From positions 4,092,001 through 4,156,000 of the forward strand of contig JBHGNT010000003.1 of the NCBI GenBank assembly GCA_043228905.1: a stretch of 64,000 nucleotides of DNA, read 5' to 3'. Positions 59,442 through 64,000 of the stretch are shown here, piece by piece; the first letter of the stretch is position 1, and each line of letters begins with the position of its first letter. Origin of the DNA: Azolla caroliniana. Its lineage: Eukaryota > Plantae > Polypodiophyta. Under the pieces are notes generated by a model, which saw only the letters and a list, made by a program, of their open reading frames with translations, did not search any database and was not told the DNA's origin. Position numbers and translations under genes: made by a program.

Positions 59442-62400
59442 ATGAGGCATTGTGGCCGTGATGCCATTCGGCAGCAGGAATGGAACAGAAGCAAGGAGAA
59501 CTGGTGTGTACAGGGCGAACCTGATCCCAACCACATCAGAGATGTTGATGATGATCTCATTCTCTTCAATGACATGACCAGAAAGGATAATAAAGGCCTC
59601 CTCCATCCTCCCAATGATAATGACATTGGCGACGTTCCCCTGCGTAAGTTCTTTAATGTCTCCGATTTACTGTCTAATTACAGAATTGATGTCTTTCAAT
59701 ATGAACATTGTGCTCATTTCCGAAGATACCTCCCGTCTTGTGAGAACAGTCGCGATATGCGTGCAGGTGTAATCACTTGCAGAGATTGGTAGATGTATCA
59801 GGAACCCTAATCTGAATAGCTCATTTGATTTGTTTTTTTTGTATGTGTGATTAATTGTACATATACTTGTAGATGGGATCAATTGTAGATAAATCGTGAG
59901 AATGAGATACTTGAGAGAGACACACAAAGAGAGAGAGAGAGAGCAATTTGAGTTTATAAATTGTGCAGAGAGCAGTAAATTCAGAGGTCTCACTGGTTTC
60001 TCCATTTCTCCTTCGTCGACACCCCATTGGAAAGGAAATGATCTTCTCGCAACAGATTCAGACAAGAATGATTACGACTGGTAATGTCTTTGAAATACTG
60101 CATCTGAATCGAGTTTGAATTCGGGTTTTCGCATGCCATGAATTCAAGGAAAGAATGCATTATATATAACATACATGCTGGATCTTATATACAGGCTTCT
60201 AACCCCTCCAGGGACTCCACTTTTCCCATTGCTGGAGAGAGGAGAGCCTGTTCCAGAGCATGCAGAACCACACATCAATCTCATTCAAACGCACACTCCT
60301 TCAAGAGCTTCAGGAGTAAGTAACCTATTCTGCCATTCTCTTATTCATATAGAGTTTGAATCTCAGATCAGACATCTAGAAACTAGTACGCTCTGTCGCA
60401 GTTACGTAGATCAAATCCAAGAGAGATACAGAGCGGAACCCCACGAAGAAGCCATAGCATGACAATGACACCCACCAGTGCAGCATCCCCATCAATTGCC
60501 TCATCATCTCCACGCAGCACAAGTTCCCTGAGGAGAGGACGGACACCTTCCCCTTCATCGAGGACGGGTTCAAGTCCAGCTCTTCGGCCTGCCACTCCTA
60601 CAAAGGCCGGATTGTCGAGGTCCACAACTACTACAAACAGATCATCTTCATCATCGACAAGGCCCTCGACTCCAGTATTGCGAAGAATGAATACATCCCC
60701 AAGTGTCCGTTCGTCTTCAACCGAGAGAACCATCCCAACCCCAACGGGAGGTAGAAGCCGTCGTGCGCCAGTGTCACCGAAACTGCACGCATGGCAAGCA
60801 CTCGATCTCGGGTTCTCAGATGAGGCGCCCCCGAATCTGCGGACATGCATCTCCAGCCGGACGGGCTCCCGGGGATCCTCGGCCATGCTTGCGTTGAGCT
60901 CTTCATCCCCCACAACCCCCTCCTACTCCGAGGCGGCGGCCGAGACGGGCAGCCGGCCCTTGTCACAGTGGCGCAACTCGTCATCATCTGGATCCAGAGT
61001 TTCAAGCACAACGGCGAGCCAAGACTACTGGAGCAGTCGAGGATCGGTCGTGTCCTCCTCGGACGATGGCACTGACACGATCGAGCCGACATTCCTCGAC
61101 TTCAATGCAATGAGTCCGCCCCACCCCACACTGGAAGAAGACACCCGAGTAGCAGAGAATGAAGTAAGCAGCTGGTATCGTCCCAATGTAATACTGAATA
61201 AAAGGTCTGCTACCTTAGGAGAGACCTCTGCTTCTCTGAATGCCACAGTAAGGAAGTCCCTGGAGCCATCCGTGAGGCGTCCTGTAAGTCTCATCTTATA
61301 TCTGATTCAATTCTCTCTACAACAAAGTTACTTGCCTCTTAAACAGCTTGTTTTTTTGGTTTTAAACTCTGCAGGATCACAATCACCATGTTTCTCAAAG
61401 CATGTTCCGTCCTCTCCTATCCAGTGCTCCATCGTCATTTTACACCACACATCACAGGCCTGCGAGTCCAATCTTAGAGTCTTCCATTACAGGGAGCACC
61501 AATGCCAGTTCAGAGAAGGATGTGAGAGTGTTCTCTGGATATGAGAGTGCCTGCAATGAAGATTCAGGAAATAATACCACAGGGAATAAAAAAGGGTCAT
61601 CTCCACCCATAACCAAGAGAATCGAGGCAGATGGGACAGGCATGCCGAACCTGGAGTACACAGAAAGTCCTGGTATTGATGCTGACACACAGGAGCAGGG
61701 AAGTGTCACTGCCAACACAGCCCATGCTTTGGAAACAGAGACTAGAATCATGTGGGAACAAAACACTGTTCATGAACCTGAGCTCAAAGAAACACTAAAG
61801 GAAATGAATGCAAATTGCTGTGAAATGCCTGTGAGCAAAGAGGAGAGTACTTCCACTGATAACTTTCCCATCACCGAGCAAATTGTAAACAATGAATCAA
61901 TAGATTTAGATCCTAAAACAGTGTCTTCAGAGCAACATCCACCAAGTAAGAACTTAAGTTATATCCAAGGAGAGACGTATATGAAGAACAATCCCTTTAA
62001 GAGAGATCTAGATTGTGATGATATTCATCAATCCGACATCTATTACCATGAATTAAACAAACCAGGGCCACTTCAGACATCTCAGTGTTCAAATCAAGAA
62101 ATGATACCAGAATTAGCTCCTCAACCAACAGATGTGCCCTATAAGAGCTCCCTCCAGGTAGGAGGAAACCCCATGCCAGATGAGCGAAACAATGCCCAAG
62201 ACAGTAAAGTCTTTGAGCATGGCAGTGATCAATTCGATAAGGAGGCTTTACGATTAATAAGCAGCTCTGAAGGTCAGGAGTTCTCCAATCATGAAGAATC
62301 AAGTGGCTATTTACAGTTCGAGGACCTGGGAGATTCAGAATTGCAAATTCAACCTACTTCCGTGAAAAACCATGCAGATTTACATGATATGGTGGTCGAA

Positions 62401-63670
62401 AGTTCGCCAGATAGTTCTGCAGACATAGAGGAGAGAAAAACGCTGATTAGTCAAGAAGTATTTGTTACCAACCTAGATTGTGAAATAAAGGGATCGGTAA
62501 ATGCGAGAAAAACTAATTCTGATCACATAGAGACAGATCTTCCTTCATCAGTCAATGCAAACAGTAGAGATGCCTGCGACGAAACAAAATTTAATAATTT
62601 GCCTCCAGATTCTCCAAGTTACAGCAGTAGTTCCTGTAGACATGAGTTAAATTCACAGAATAACAACCTTGAGGACTGCATCAGAGTGCTAGATAGTAAA
62701 GACAATGTAGTCCTCCAAAATTTTGATAAGAATGGAACAACAATCCCAAGATATATCGTGGACGTTGATGGTTATCAAAGCGAGAATGGACAGAAAGTAT
62801 ATAGTTTTCAACTGGATACAGTTGCAATCAATTGTCAAGAGAAGATTATTGAGCAATCCGAGGACCGAGTTCAATTCAACGGGTCTCTCACTTCAAACAG
62901 TGTCCCAGATGAAGTTGAGATAGAAAATGAAAGAGATATTTGCATTCCATTTCAACAGGTACTCCAAGGTGATATGAACAATGAATTCGGGTTAACAAAG
63001 AATCCCTTTGCTGTTGAGGATCCTGTGCCTCTTGCATCTGAGGTGGTTTGTCCCAAAGCTACAATTGTACCAAAGGCAGAAAGTTGTGACGAAACTAAGG
63101 TTGCAGGTTTAATGAATCCAGGGAGTGATGAACAAAATGAGACAACAGATTTTCTAGCACACATTGATACAATAATGAGTAATGCTGAACCAACGGATAT
63201 TATCGATCCCCTTACAGATGTTCGCCTAGATCTGGATAATGTTGAGCCAAACAAGATTATGGATTTTGAGGAGGATATACATCAAAGTTCACAAAACGTT
63301 GAACCAGCTGAAGCTACTACAGCTTTCCTGATCATTGATGTCAACCCAAGTCTCGATGGCAATGAGCCTACTGAGACTACAGACTCTTTGAAGGATAATT
63401 ATCAAAGCACAAGTTGTGATGATGAATCAACTGATGCTAAACCTTCTCCAGAAGATGTTCGTCCACGTCCAGCTTTCCCTGAAACAGCTGAAACTACAAC
63501 TTCTTCCTTGATGGATGATGTTCATTCCACTATCCCACAATTACTTGATATCAGTCCACAAGAAGCAAATGATTTTGTAGAAACAGATGACACAAACAGC
63601 AATGCCATAGTAGTTCAAATGGAGACAATGTCAATATCAACAGAAAGCCATCAATATACAAATACAAACG
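59442..63670 (+). CDS. BASIC PROLINE-RICH PROTEIN (BPP)-family microtubule-associated protein, 5' exons; the gene probably continues past 63670
   Basis: Phase-consistent GT-AG exons: 59442-59643, 59969-60080, 60195-60315, 60402-61283, 61375-~63670. Family motifs are DDDLILFNDM, DSDKNDYDW|LLTPPGTPLFP, an S/R/P/T-rich basic region, GFSDEAPPNLRT and MFRPLLSSAP. Confidence 0.85.
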
Positions 63671-64000
63671 GTAATATGTATAGCATAAAACACATCATTT
63701 GCTACAGGACAATCCTAATTGTAGCCAAAGGAAATCCTGATAGGGACTTTAAGTTCTCTTTTTGCTTTTCTAGTTAGATCCATATGCTACCAAAGATTCT
63801 AGTTTTATACAGATATTTAATGAGATGAGGATTTAGATAGAAAGATATGTCCGACAGAGTATTGTCACTAACATGGACTTTGTATATTGTGAGTTGCAGA
63901 AGCTACTGTCGAGAATAGTGTGAAAGCCAACCTTTGTTTCGATGAAACTACAAACAGGATACTTTTCTGTAGTTCTATTGTACACGAGATTGTGTACAAG

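Noticed and set aside
61284-61374. C-terminal extension of ORF 60459-61544 (and 63671-63777 of ORF 61402-63777)
   Set aside because: The first is read-through into a GT-AG intron; splicing 61283 to 61375 joins the conserved frames. The second follows a probable donor at 63671.

Overview
Repeat-rich nuclear DNA of a land plant, most likely a non-seed plant. This is inferred from chromodomain Ty3/gypsy elements without a tRNA PBS, duplicated TORNADO1-like ROC-COR genes and spliceosomal introns. Most of the window is nested LTR retrotransposons: two chromovirus Ty3/gypsy elements, a triple-nested Ty1/copia stack that includes one intact 1441-aa copy, and a second young copia. It also holds LINE fragments, two hAT-like MITEs, two broken TRN1-like genes and the 5' part of a BPP-family microtubule-associated gene at the right end. 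The standout is a 7.7-kb TIR DNA transposon (4211-11925) with 33-bp TIRs and a 4-bp AGAA TSD, inserted in a gypsy gag whose frame is restored on removal. It carries an intact Sola-like DDD transposase with a C-terminal chromatin-reader-like domain. Head-to-head with it is a six-exon gene for a ParB-like domain fused to a prokaryote-type beta-class N6A/N4C DNA methyltransferase, and intron 1 of that gene holds an array of 43-bp palindromes. A second recurring signal is an antisense tRNA-type Pol III A/B-box module in four different LTR or LTR-like sequences. Everything was read by eye; no database searches were run.
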